From: Myxococcota bacterium
GTDB lineage: Bacteria > Myxococcota_A > Polyangia > HGW-17
Length of the DNA stretch: 64,000 bases
Assembly (NCBI GenBank): GCA_036802685.1
Contig: DAIRVS010000006.1
Span: 1,073 to 65,072 of the forward strand
Direction of reading: 5' to 3'
The notes beneath the pieces were generated by a model. That model was not told where the DNA came from. It did not search any database and saw only the letters and a program-made list of their open reading frames with translations. A program made the position numbers and the translations under genes. This document shows positions 32,166 through 45,718 of the stretch, in pieces; the first letter of the stretch is position 1; every line of letters begins with the position of its first letter.

Positions 32166-35107
32166 GGCGTATAATAAACAATCTGTTCCCAGCGCGTCTT
32201 GAGTTGGGGCGTGGATCTCAGGGTGATAGAGACCCGGTTGCGGCCGGGGACCAGCGGGATCCGGGGGTGGATTTCCAATTCGGTGCGGCCACGCCCGGGC
32301 ACCGCCAGCACCTTGACGTAATATCCCTGGCCGCCGGTGACCTCGACCGTGGCGTCGAGGATCTGACGGGGGTGGGAGAGCCGGGCCGAGAGCTCCACCT
32401 GGCTCGCGGCGTTGCGAAGCGGCAGATCCTGGGAGACCTCGATCCGCGGTCCCTGGATCTGCCACACGGGGATCCAGCGGGGCGAGAGCAGGGGCACGCT
32501 GTCCGAGGCCACCAGGTTCCCCGCGCTGCGCGGGGCGAAGGCGGTCCGATCGGGCGCGAGCTGGACCTTGACCCACTGGCCCTGGGAGCCGACCACGGGG
32601 AAGGTGGCGCCGGCGCCGGCCAGCCCGATGGTCTGGGACTCGGGCTCGGCGCCGCCGGAGAGCGGGGTGTTGCCGAGGAACTGGAAGATCCCGTCCACCT
32701 CGATGGGCCCCGGCGCCGAGGCCCGCACGCTCAGGGGGATCCGGGCCTCGAGCAGCCTGGAGAACCGGGGCTCCTCCAGGCGCAGGTGCAGGGCGGAGAC
32801 GGTGACCCGCGCGTCGGGCCGGGCGGTCACGACGAAGTCATGGCTGCGCGTCTCCTGCGGGAGCAGGCGGCTCATCTGGAACCGGCCCTCGACGACCTCC
32901 ACTCCTTCCGGAGTGAGGGCCTTGAGCCCGACGTGGACGGCGTCGGCCATGACCGTCCCGGCGTTCATGACGTACACGCGCAACCGGCCCTTCTCACCAG
33001 GCTGGAGCAGGCCGTCGCCGTTGCCCGCCAGGTCGTCCATGAAGTGATGGTGGACCAGAAATTCCGCCCGGGGAGCGGGCAGGATCTCGATCCAGCTCTC
33101 CAGGTCGGCGGGCAGGATCCGGGGTTCTCCTCCCGGGGCCGGGGCCGTGCTGAAGAAGCGGATCGAGAGCGGCCAGATCCCGTGGGGATGGTTGGCGTCC
33201 ACCGGGTAGGCGAAGGCCACCGTGCGCTGCTCGCCGGGATCCAGGTGACCGAACAGATACTCGCGCGCCTGGCTCTCAGGGGTGTTGCGGACAATGGCGC
33301 CGACCCGGTAGACGGGCGCCGTGCCCAGGTTGACCAGGGTGACGATGCCCGCCAGGGTCTCGCCGGCGCGGATCCGACCGTCGCCGTTGAGCCTCAGACG
33401 CGCCTCGAGGCGGGCCTTGCCCTGTCCGGCCGGACCCAGGGTCCAGTCCACGCCCTTCTTCCCCAGTTGCTCGATCAACTGGAGCATGGCCGCCTCGGAT
33501 TCCTTCTGGCTCCACTCGACCACGAGGCCGCGCTCCCACTCCTGGCGGGTCCGGGGCTGGCCCAGCAGCCGCCGCGCCGCGTCGACCAGCTCCGGCGGCG
33601 CCGAACTGTCGGAGTCCTGCACCCCCGCCCCAGCGACCGACTGCGCCACCACCTGCACGGTCGCCCAGGGCGGGGCGTCTGGCTGGCCCACCAGAGGGGT
33701 GGCCTCGGGAGCCTGCTCGCGGCCGCGCAGGAACAGTTCGTGCGGATTGTGGTCGAGATCGAAGGTCTCCACGGCCAGGTGAGGCTTCACGCCGAGGGAC
33801 TGGATCGCCAGCGTGCCCCCCGCGAGGTAATGGGCGATGGTCATCTTCAGCGCCGAGTCGTCGTCGAACTCGTTGATCATCTGGATGCTGCCCTTGCCAA
33901 ACGAGGTCTCCCCCATCACCAGGGCACGTCGATGCACCTTGAGGGCGCCGGCGAGGATCTCGGCGGCCGAGGCGCTGCCCTGGTTGCACAGGACGATCAT
34001 GGGGTAACTCCAGACCGTGCCCTGGGCGCCGGCCCGCCGCACCTCGCTGACGCGCCGCTGCTGTCCCACGGCGGAGTAGATGATGCCGTCGGGCAGGAAG
34101 AGGTCGGCCACCTTCTCCGCCTGTTTGAGCAGGCCCCCGGGGTTGTTGTACAGGTCGAGCACAAGCGCGCGCGCGCCGTCGGCCTGCAGACGGGCCAGGT
34201 GCTGTTCGAGCTCGGACGCCGTGTTCTGGGAGAACTGGCGGATCCGCACGTAGCCGACGTCCCCGGCCAGCCGCTGGGAGGTCACCGAACTGAGCCGGAT
34301 GACCGAGCGCTCCAGGACGAAGTGCCGCCACTGGGGTTCGGAGGGCCGCTCGATCCACACCGAGATCGAGGTCCCGGGCTTTCCACGCAGGAGATTGACC
34401 GCCTCGTTGAGGGTGGTGTTGGTCACCGACACGTCGCCGATGCGGACGATGCGGTCCCCCGGAAGGATGCCGGCCCTGGCCGCGGGCGTGCCGTCCATGG
34501 GCGCGATGACGGTCAGGTAGCCGTCCTTCACCGTGACGACGATGCCCACGCCGGAGAAAGACCCCTGGGTCCCGGTCTTCAACTCCCGGTAGACCTCGGG
34601 CGGCAGCAGGGCGGTGTGGGAGTCGAGGGTCCCGAGCATGGCGTTGATCGCCTCGACCTCGCGCTGGACCGGCTCGAAGTCGGGGGAGCCGGCGAGCATC
34701 TGGAAGACCCGCTGCATAGCGTTGAACAGGTCCAGCGGTGCCTGGAGCTCGCTCAGGCTGTGGGTCTCCTCCCGGTCGCGGGAGAACAGCCGGACCGTGT
34801 CGCCCTCGACGACCGAGCTCAACTCGGGGGTCGTGCGCTCGAGCATGTGCACGGCCGCCAGGAACATCCGCTGCGGATCCATGCGCCCGGGATCGATGTA
34901 GTCCTCCTTCACGCGCAAAAGGACCGTGCTGAGCACGGCCAGCCGCGTGCCCTTTCGGGCCGGGTGGGCGGCGCGGATCCGCTGGGCCTGCTCCCGGGGC
35001 GAGGGCCGGCCCACGACGGCCAGCATGCCCGCCAGAACCACGGACACGATGGGCGCCCAGAACAGCACCCTGAACCGCCACGCGAAGAAGGGATGGAGGT
35101 AGGACAC
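32162..35107 (-). CDS. ctp: C-terminal processing (S41, tail-specific) peptidase with a PDZ domain and a long C-terminal extension
   Basis: PDZ GVGIVV...GTPAARAGILPGDRIVRI; S41 core GGLL, LCNQGSASAAEILAGALK; about 981 aa from an apparent GTG start. Confidence 0.8.
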   Translation of the reverse strand: MSYLHPFFAWRFRVLFWAPIVSVVLAGMLAVVGRPSPREQAQRIRAAHPARKGTRLAVLSTVLLRVKEDYIDPGRMDPQRMFLAAVHMLERTTPELSSVVEGDTVRLFSRDREETHSLSELQAPLDLFNAMQRVFQMLAGSPDFEPVQREVEAINAMLGTLDSHTALLPPEVYRELKTGTQGSFSGVGIVVTVKDGYLTVIAPMDGTPAARAGILPGDRIVRIGDVSVTNTTLNEAVNLLRGKPGTSISVWIERPSEPQWRHFVLERSVIRLSSVTSQRLAGDVGYVRIRQFSQNTASELEQHLARLQADGARALVLDLYNNPGGLLKQAEKVADLFLPDGIIYSAVGQQRRVSEVRRAGAQGTVWSYPMIVLCNQGSASAAEILAGALKVHRRALVMGETSFGKGSIQMINEFDDDSALKMTIAHYLAGGTLAIQSLGVKPHLAVETFDLDHNPHELFLRGREQAPEATPLVGQPDAPPWATVQVVAQSVAGAGVQDSDSSAPPELVDAARRLLGQPRTRQEWERGLVVEWSQKESEAAMLQLIEQLGKKGVDWTLGPAGQGKARLEARLRLNGDGRIRAGETLAGIVTLVNLGTAPVYRVGAIVRNTPESQAREYLFGHLDPGEQRTVAFAYPVDANHPHGIWPLSIRFFSTAPAPGGEPRILPADLESWIEILPAPRAEFLVHHHFMDDLAGNGDGLLQPGEKGRLRVYVMNAGTVMADAVHVGLKALTPEGVEVVEGRFQMSRLLPQETRSHDFVVTARPDARVTVSALHLRLEEPRFSRLLEARIPLSVRASAPGPIEVDGIFQFLGNTPLSGGAEPESQTIGLAGAGATFPVVGSQGQWVKVQLAPDRTAFAPRSAGNLVASDSVPLLSPRWIPVWQIQGPRIEVSQDLPLRNAASQVELSARLSHPRQILDATVEVTGGQGYYVKVLAVPGRGRTELEIHPRIPLVPGRNRVSITLRSTPQLKTRWEQIVYYTP

Positions 35108-35117
35108 GGGAGACCGG

Positions 35118-39009
<3,892 letters not shown>

Positions 39010-39121
39010 CTTTTCGAGTTGCGTGCTGGACACAGTCACCTCCAGGCAGGATCGCGCCAGGATCTGCTGGGACGGGTTCCCAAGTAAACCAATGGGTATC
39101 ACAATCCCGATCGTGTGCCAA

Positions 39122-40588
39122 CTATTGATTGAATGGGGCGGGCGGTTTTACGGCGGCCCGGTCCCGGACCAGGTGCGGCAACAACTCGGCCAGGTCGCCC
39201 AGAGGGGGCGGCCCCGAGGAAAGAGGGGTCCGGGTCCAGCCCCGCAGCCAGGGCGCCGAGGGCCACTGCCCCCGCAGGTCGGGGGGCGCACAGGAGACCT
39301 CGCCGCGGCGGCACCGGCCCGTCCCCACCCCCGGTGGAAAGTCCAGGCGCAGGCCCCCGGGTACCCGGGACAGCCAGAAGCCGGCCCCCGGAGTCAGGCC
39401 CAGCCGCGCCAGCCCCCGCTCCAGCCGTCGGCGCGCCTCCGGCCCCGGCCGGTCGAACAGGAACAGCACGCTCGCCGGTCCGGCTACGACCTGGTCCGCC
39501 CCGGCGCGTTCCAGGAGCTCCGTCGGAATCAGGCGATCCACCGGCAGCACGGGTCCGAACCCCGCCAACGCCACCCGGTGACCCGCCGCCATCCGGCCCC
39601 GGACAAACTCCAGCGTCTCCGTGAGGAGCTCTCCGCGCAGCGTGTCCTCCCAGGAGCCCGGCGCCTGAGTCAGGGCCAGGGCCAGCTCCGCGAGGGGATG
39701 GACCATGACCAGCGTCCACGCGGCCGGCCTGCGGGCCACCGCGACGAACAGCGATCGCAGCGCGCCCCGGATGAAGCCCGCCTGCTGCACGACGTCGAGG
39801 TGGCCGTCACGCAGGGCGATGGCGTCCGCCGGCCCGAAGACGCCGTCCGGGACCGGCCCCTCCCGGTGCCAGACGACGCGTCCCGGCCTGGCCTCGAGCA
39901 ACGCCAGACCCACGGACCACAGCCGGCCGCCCTCCTCCCAGACCCACGTCTCCGCCCGGCCGTGCTGCAGGGTGGGATGGGGTTCAGGCACCACCCGCCC
40001 GTCGGACAGGGGGACGCCCACGGCCCCTTCGAAGGTCAGGCGCACGGCCCCGTCGCAGCTCACCCGCACGAGGACCGGACGGTGATGGCCGGAGCGGACC
40101 CACGAGATCTCCCCCGGACACGGGACGACCTCGAGCCGGGCCCGGGGCGCACGGGATGGTCGAAAGACCCACCGACCCGGCTCCGGATCCCGCAGCGGAC
40201 CCAGCCGCGGCGACCACACCTGGGTGTCCGGACCGGTGAACGGCAGGCGCACGCCGGGAGCGATGGAAGTGGCAGGCGCCACCTTGCCCAGCTCGACGAC
40301 CCGCTCCGCGAACAGCCGGTGCCGTCCCGTGGCGCCGGCCAGTCGCACGAAGGCCGCCACCGGCCCCGCCTCGGGCACGGAGAACGTCGTCGCCTCCCCC
40401 AGGCCGGGGAGCGCCGTCCCCTGCGGACCGACCCCCGGCAGCAGCAGCACGGTCACCGGACTCGAGCCCAGGGCCGGCGCGGAGCCGGCGACCGGGTGGT
40501 CCCCCCACGGGACTCCGGCGCCCGACGCCCTACCCGGCGTGATCAGCATCCACCACAGCATCAACCCCATCATGGTTCCCCTTCGCAT
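39122..40588 (-). CDS. hypothetical secreted protein
   Basis: 488-aa ORF with a signal-like N-terminus (MMGLMLWWMLITPGRASGA) and no recognisable domain. Confidence 0.4.
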   Translation of the reverse strand: MRRGTMMGLMLWWMLITPGRASGAGVPWGDHPVAGSAPALGSSPVTVLLLPGVGPQGTALPGLGEATTFSVPEAGPVAAFVRLAGATGRHRLFAERVVELGKVAPATSIAPGVRLPFTGPDTQVWSPRLGPLRDPEPGRWVFRPSRAPRARLEVVPCPGEISWVRSGHHRPVLVRVSCDGAVRLTFEGAVGVPLSDGRVVPEPHPTLQHGRAETWVWEEGGRLWSVGLALLEARPGRVVWHREGPVPDGVFGPADAIALRDGHLDVVQQAGFIRGALRSLFVAVARRPAAWTLVMVHPLAELALALTQAPGSWEDTLRGELLTETLEFVRGRMAAGHRVALAGFGPVLPVDRLIPTELLERAGADQVVAGPASVLFLFDRPGPEARRRLERGLARLGLTPGAGFWLSRVPGGLRLDFPPGVGTGRCRRGEVSCAPPDLRGQWPSAPWLRGWTRTPLSSGPPPLGDLAELLPHLVRDRAAVKPPAPFNQ

Positions 40589-42600
40589 TCTGGCTCCCTT
40601 TCCCCCTCCCCGAGGAGGGGCGTGAACGACAGCTCCAGGGGCGTTCGCAGCACGCGATGCACCACGCTACCGGCCCCCGCCAGCCGATCCAGCACCACCG
40701 ACGACGCTCCCTCCCCGCAGATCACCGCCCGTGCTGGCCGGATCCACGCCCACAGCGCGGCCGTGGAGGAGGTGATCCGCCCGTGGTGGGCTACCTTGAC
40801 CAGATCGACGGAGCCGGGCGCCGGCTCGTCCCGGATCAGGCGCTCCTCGGCGGCCGTCTCGGCGTCTCCCATGAACCAGAACCGCCGCCCCGCCACGGCC
40901 AGCTCGATCACGAGGGAGGCGTCGTTCTCCGACCACGAGGGCGGGGGCGCGGGTCCCCGGGCGTCGTGGGGCGAACGCAGGCGCAGGATCGCCGGTCCCA
41001 GGCGGGCGCACGGGGGCATGGGCGCGACCGTGATCCCACGGCGGCGCAGTCGCAGCCCCAACCCCTCGGGGAAGCGCGGGCCCACCCACACCACCCCCAC
41101 TTCCAGCTCCTCGGCGAGACGCCCCAGCTCCTGCAGATGATCGGCGTGGGAATGGGTGATGATCACCCGGTCCAGGCGGGTGACGCCTCGTCGCGCCAGG
41201 GCCGCGGGGAGCCCGGCGGCGCCCGCGTCCACGAGCAGGGTCCGCCCGCCGGGCAGGCGCACCAGGATCGACTCTCCGCGGGCATGGAAGAAGGTCAGGC
41301 GCACGGTCCGGTCGTCGACCCGTCCCCACGGCAGCAGCAGGAACGCCAGCACCACCGGGAGCGCCACCGCGGCCCGGCGGACGACGGCGCCCCGAACCAC
41401 CCAGACCGCAACGGCCCCGAGGGCCAGGGTCCATGCGGCCGCCCCCGCCGGCGTCCATTCGGGCCACAGGCGGTTCCACGCGCCCAGGGGACCGGCCAGG
41501 GCCAGCGCCAGCGCGTCCGCCCACCGCCACAGCAGCCCACCCGCCGCGGGCACGAGCCACGTCAGGGCGACCACGATGAAGGCGCCCGGGATGATCAGCA
41601 GGCTGAACAACGGGACGAACAGCAGATTGTTGATCAGGAACATCGGCGAGATCCGGCCGAACTGGAGCCAGACGACCGGCAGCGTGGCCAGGGACGCCCC
41701 CACACTCGCCGCGGTCGCCCCGGCCAGGGGCCGCCGGGGGACCCACCGCAGCGCGGCGGCGATCCCGGCGACGGCGGCGAAGGACAACTGGAAGCCGGGG
41801 TCCCGCCAGCAGGCCGGATCCCAGACCCAGAGGCCGGCGGCCGCCCACCCCAGGCTCGACCACAGGCCGCCGGCGCCCCAGAACCGCGATCCCACCAGCC
41901 ACAGCGTCATCATGATGGCCGCCCGGGTGGTCGAGATCGCGCCGCCGGTGAGCGCCCGGTACCACCACACGAAAGGGACGCAGACCCCCACCTCCAGCCA
42001 CCGCCGCTCGAGGCCCCAGCGCCCGGGCAGCCACCGGTGCAGCCGCCCCAGCCCGGCCAGCACGGCGAGGCTGACCAGCGCCAGGTGCAGACCCGAGATG
42101 GCCAGCACGTGGGACAGGCCGGCGAAGCGCAACTGGGCGCGCAGGGAGGGGGGCGCCGGGTGACCCAGGGTCAGCGATCCCACCAGCGAAGGCGCCGGCG
42201 GTTTCGGGAGCTGCCGCAGAGGGACCCCCTCGAGCGGGATCACGGGCAGACGTGCGGCGGCGGGCACCCACAGGCTCGACCCCGGCGCCCAGGGCTCCGC
42301 GAGGGCGAGCCGCCGGCCCCTACCGTGGGCGTCCCTGAGCACGTGCAGCGCCCTCTCCCCGGTCCATCGATGGCCGGTCACCGTCATCCGCGATCCTGCC
42401 TGCATCCGGGGAGGGATCCACGGTGTGCAGAGCCAGGCGGCCCCCGCGGCCAGAAGGCCGAGGATCGGCAACCAGGGCTCGCGCACCGGCTCCCGCCGCG
42501 CCCCCAGCCAGCGCCAGACCCAGATCGCCGGCGTCGCCCATGGCAGGCCGGAAAAGCCCATGAGCCAGCCGGACAGCAGATAGATCCAGGCGGGGTGCAT
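40570..42600 (-). CDS. comEC: DNA internalization-related competence protein ComEC/Rec2 with a C-terminal metallo-beta-lactamase domain
   Basis: Polytopic competence domain followed by an MBL domain carrying the HSHADH motif. Confidence 0.8.
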   Translation of the reverse strand: MHPAWIYLLSGWLMGFSGLPWATPAIWVWRWLGARREPVREPWLPILGLLAAGAAWLCTPWIPPRMQAGSRMTVTGHRWTGERALHVLRDAHGRGRRLALAEPWAPGSSLWVPAAARLPVIPLEGVPLRQLPKPPAPSLVGSLTLGHPAPPSLRAQLRFAGLSHVLAISGLHLALVSLAVLAGLGRLHRWLPGRWGLERRWLEVGVCVPFVWWYRALTGGAISTTRAAIMMTLWLVGSRFWGAGGLWSSLGWAAAGLWVWDPACWRDPGFQLSFAAVAGIAAALRWVPRRPLAGATAASVGASLATLPVVWLQFGRISPMFLINNLLFVPLFSLLIIPGAFIVVALTWLVPAAGGLLWRWADALALALAGPLGAWNRLWPEWTPAGAAAWTLALGAVAVWVVRGAVVRRAAVALPVVLAFLLLPWGRVDDRTVRLTFFHARGESILVRLPGGRTLLVDAGAAGLPAALARRGVTRLDRVIITHSHADHLQELGRLAEELEVGVVWVGPRFPEGLGLRLRRRGITVAPMPPCARLGPAILRLRSPHDARGPAPPPSWSENDASLVIELAVAGRRFWFMGDAETAAEERLIRDEPAPGSVDLVKVAHHGRITSSTAALWAWIRPARAVICGEGASSVVLDRLAGAGSVVHRVLRTPLELSFTPLLGEGEREPECEGEP

Positions 42601-42728
42601 GGTCCCATTGTCGGGGGCGACCGGATCTGCGTTGCAAAAAAAGATGAAAAAACTCCCAATTTCCCGTATTCTCGGTTCGACCGGAGGTTTGCCGGTTTTT
42701 CACGACTTCGATAAATAGGAGACCCCCC

Positions 42729-43067
42729 ATGAAGAAATCGATGTTCGTTGTAGTCCTGGCGTTGATGGGATCGATGGTCGCTTGCCAGAAGTCCGCCAAG
42801 GTCCGTGTGGAGTGCAAGATAGACGCCAAGGAGGGATACGTCTGCGAGGTGAACCACTTCGAGGGCAAGGCCAAGGCCAAGGCCTGCTGGGACGCCGTCA
42901 CCACCTGCCAGAACGGCGTCAAGGCCATCGGGTCGGGTTGCCACGAGGTGGAGCCCGGATCCAAAGCCCAGCACCTGATCCCGTTCGACGAGATCAAGAA
43001 CGCCAAGGACTGCGACAAGCCCGTCGGCTTCGACGTCACCAACATCAAGGTCGAGATCGTCAAGTAG
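42729..43067 (+). CDS. small Cys-containing lipoprotein
   Basis: MKKSMFVVVLALMGSMVAC lipobox; 112 aa. Confidence 0.5.
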   Translation: MKKSMFVVVLALMGSMVACQKSAKVRVECKIDAKEGYVCEVNHFEGKAKAKACWDAVTTCQNGVKAIGSGCHEVEPGSKAQHLIPFDEIKNAKDCDKPVGFDVTNIKVEIVK

Positions 43068-43075
43068 GAGGCGCC

Positions 43076-43402
43076 ATGCAAATCCACGATCCGGTCGAAC
43101 TTCACACACGCATCGGAGCCCTTCGTCCCCGCGCCGCCGGGCGCGTCCCGGCCTGGGTCGCCTCCGCCTGCCTCGCCTGCGGCCTGGCCACCTCCTGCAC
43201 CGGCGGCAAGCAGACCACGCCCGACACGGCCAGCCCCCGGCAACCGGTGCCCGACGAGCCCGCCGGCAAGCCCGGCGACGGGGACATGTACGCCGCGCCC
43301 AAGGACGACATGGCCTCGGACATGGACGTCTGTCACGAGTGCATGGAGTACGCCGCGCCCCCGGTGGCCGAGTACGGCGGACCACCGATGGAGGACGAGT
43401 AG
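43076..43402 (+). CDS. proline-rich membrane protein, paralog 1 of 3
   Basis: AGGAGG ribosome-binding site; N-terminal RIGALRPRAAGRVPAWVASACLAC (short cytoplasmic segment + TM + Cys), then a P-rich tail with YAAPP motifs. Confidence 0.5.
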   Translation: MQIHDPVELHTRIGALRPRAAGRVPAWVASACLACGLATSCTGGKQTTPDTASPRQPVPDEPAGKPGDGDMYAAPKDDMASDMDVCHECMEYAAPPVAEYGGPPMEDE

Positions 43403-43416
43403 TCCGGGAGGTGTTC

Positions 43417-43935
43417 ATGGACTGGGACCAGACCCTGGAGAAACTGCGCCGTGAGGTCTTCCGCCCCACGATCCCGCCGCCGGTGCGCCTGCCGACCTGG
43501 GCCGTCGCCACCCTGGTGGGCGCCGGGCTGACCCTCGCCGCGCCCGCCTGCGATCGAGGCACCGGGGCCGCGCCGAGCGCCTCGGACATGGGCCGCGTGA
43601 ACGTCGAGTACGGCGCCCCCATGCCGCCGGACATGGCCGACGCGCCACCTCCGATGGACGTCAAGCCTCTCTACGCCGGGCCGCCTCCCGACGTCGTGCG
43701 GCCGGTGGAGCCGCCGCCCCCGATCGAGGAGTACCGCGCCCCGATCATGCGCGAACCGGCGCCGACGCCGATGGATGAGGCGATGACGGCGACGCCCCCC
43801 GTCACGCCCCGACCCGTGGACGACATCGGGACCGCCAAGCCCATGTACGGCATCCCCCCGCGCCTGCGCCCGGAGAGCCAGCCCATGCCGCCGCCGGACC
43901 GGAAGCTCTACGCGGCCCCTCCCGCCGACGAATGA
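43417..43935 (+). CDS. proline-rich membrane protein, paralog 2 of 3
   Basis: N-terminal LRREVFRPTIPPPVRLPTWAVATLVGAGLTLAAPAC, then YGAP / YAGPPP / YRAP repeats. Confidence 0.5.
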   Translation: MDWDQTLEKLRREVFRPTIPPPVRLPTWAVATLVGAGLTLAAPACDRGTGAAPSASDMGRVNVEYGAPMPPDMADAPPPMDVKPLYAGPPPDVVRPVEPPPPIEEYRAPIMREPAPTPMDEAMTATPPVTPRPVDDIGTAKPMYGIPPRLRPESQPMPPPDRKLYAAPPADE

Positions 43936-43950
43936 TCCGCACCCCAGGAG

Positions 43951-44481
43951 GTGCCCATGTCCATCGACGATCACATCCGACGTCTGCAACACGATCTGGA
44001 GAGGGTCCGGCCCGCCCACCCGTCCCGGCTGCCGAGCTGGGTCGTGGCCGCCGCGGTGGCCGCCGGCCTGTCCCTGTCCGCCGGCTGCGCGAAGGAGTCC
44101 CCGTCCGTCGACCCGACGGTCCGCGAGGCCGAGCCGCCCCCGACGATCGCGCTCTACGCGGGACCGCCCCCCGAAGCCGAAGCGCCACCCCCGATGGAGG
44201 CCGGGCCCGTCACGACTCCCCCCATGGAGTCGGTCATGACTCCCCCGCCCCCGGTCCCCCCCTACGGCGTGGCCCAGCCGCCCCCGCCGGTCGCGGACCC
44301 CGTCGACATCTACGGCGGTCCTCCGATGACGGAGGAGCCGCCAGTCATGAAGGCGGTCAAGCGGCCGCCGCCACCCGTGCCGGCCTACGGCATGCCCATG
44401 ATGCAACCGACGCCGACCCCGCCACCGATGCGCCTCAAGACCGAGCCTGTGACGGACTACGGCGCGCCGTTTGACGGCTGA
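43951..44481 (+). CDS. proline-rich membrane protein, paralog 3 of 3
   Basis: N-terminal LERVRPAHPSRLPSWVVAAAVAAGLSLSAGC, then YAGPPP / YGGPP / YGMP repeats. Confidence 0.5.
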   Translation: MPMSIDDHIRRLQHDLERVRPAHPSRLPSWVVAAAVAAGLSLSAGCAKESPSVDPTVREAEPPPTIALYAGPPPEAEAPPPMEAGPVTTPPMESVMTPPPPVPPYGVAQPPPPVADPVDIYGGPPMTEEPPVMKAVKRPPPPVPAYGMPMMQPTPTPPPMRLKTEPVTDYGAPFDG

Positions 44482-44513
44482 CCATCTTCAATTTTTTTGT
44501 TTATCTTTGAAAA

Positions 44514-45455
44514 CTACTGCATCGGGGCAGGGGGTACGACGGGGGCGATCATCGCGCCGGGGACGGTCATGCGCGGGGCCATCATGATCGCGCCCGGAGG
44601 GGGCACGGTCAGCGTGGGGGGGGCCATGCCGCCCGGCGGGGGCGGGACCATGGCGTCGGCCGGGGCGTTGGGATCGGCGGCCGGGGCGTTGGGATCGGCG
44701 GCCGGGGCGGCCTTGATCTCGACGAGCTCGATGTCGAAGATCAGGACCTCGTTGGGACCGATCTTCTGGCCGCCGCCCATCTCGCCATAGGCCAGGTTGG
44801 CGGGGATGAACAGTTTCCATTTGGAGCCCTGGGGCATCAACTGCAGCGCCTCGGTCCACCCCTTGATCACGCCGGAGACGCCGAACTCGACGGGCTTGCC
44901 GGCCTTCTCGGAGGAGTCGAACTCGGTGCCGTCGATGAGCGTGCCTTTGTAGTGGCAGGCGACCGTGTCGTTGAGCCCCGGCTTCGGACCCGTGCCCTCC
45001 TGGACGATCTGGTACTGCAGGCCGCTGGGGAGCACGACCACGCCCGGCTGGGCCTTGTTCTTCTCGAGGAACTCCTGCCCGCGCTTGAGGGCCTCCTCGC
45101 CCTTGGCCTTGCGCTCGGCCATCATCTTCTGCATGCGCTGGGTCTGGAACTCGCCCATCACCTTGCGCATCTCCTGCTCGTCGATGAGCGACGGCTTCTT
45201 GGCCTGGGAGTCGCCCACGCCAGCCTCGAAGGCGCGGATGTTGACCTTGAAGTCCTTGCCCATGTTGAACCCGACGATGTACGACACCTTGTCCTCGACG
45301 GTGGCGAGGTCGGCCAGCGTGAGGGCGCCCTTGGGGGCCTCGCCCGTGGCGCCGGGGGCGCCGGGCTTAGCGGGATCCTTCTTGTCCGGGCAGGGCTGCG
45401 CCTTGCAACCGAAAAAGGCCGTTGCGAAAAGAACCATGATCAATGCGGTTTTCAT
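44514..45455 (-). CDS. FKBP-type peptidyl-prolyl cis-trans isomerase lipoprotein (FkpA-like) with a Pro/Ala-rich C-terminal tail
   Basis: Lipobox FFGC; dimerisation helix; FKBP core GVVVLPSGLQYQIVQEGTG...FDSS...GWTEAL...LAYGE. The start was set at MKTALIMV; the ORF extends to 45575. Confidence 0.8.
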   Translation of the reverse strand: MKTALIMVLFATAFFGCKAQPCPDKKDPAKPGAPGATGEAPKGALTLADLATVEDKVSYIVGFNMGKDFKVNIRAFEAGVGDSQAKKPSLIDEQEMRKVMGEFQTQRMQKMMAERKAKGEEALKRGQEFLEKNKAQPGVVVLPSGLQYQIVQEGTGPKPGLNDTVACHYKGTLIDGTEFDSSEKAGKPVEFGVSGVIKGWTEALQLMPQGSKWKLFIPANLAYGEMGGGQKIGPNEVLIFDIELVEIKAAPAADPNAPAADPNAPADAMVPPPPGGMAPPTLTVPPPGAIMMAPRMTVPGAMIAPVVPPAPMQ

Positions 45456-45718
45456 TTGAACCAACTCCTTGAATAAATGTTGCCCATGAGGCGACACGCC
45501 CCGGGGCACGGGGCCACAAGTTATCCAAAACCGGAAAAAAGTAGAGAAAAAAATGCGTACACCCGGAGGGGTCATATATTATTTTATATAAAATCGATAA
45601 AATTCCGCTCCGGTTGAAAAGGAACCATAATTCCCGTTGGCCGTTTTTTCCAAGCCGTGGTAGCAATATGTCGGGTCCCGCCCGCGCGATTCCGCCTGAG
45701 CGACCCGGAGGTCTCGCG

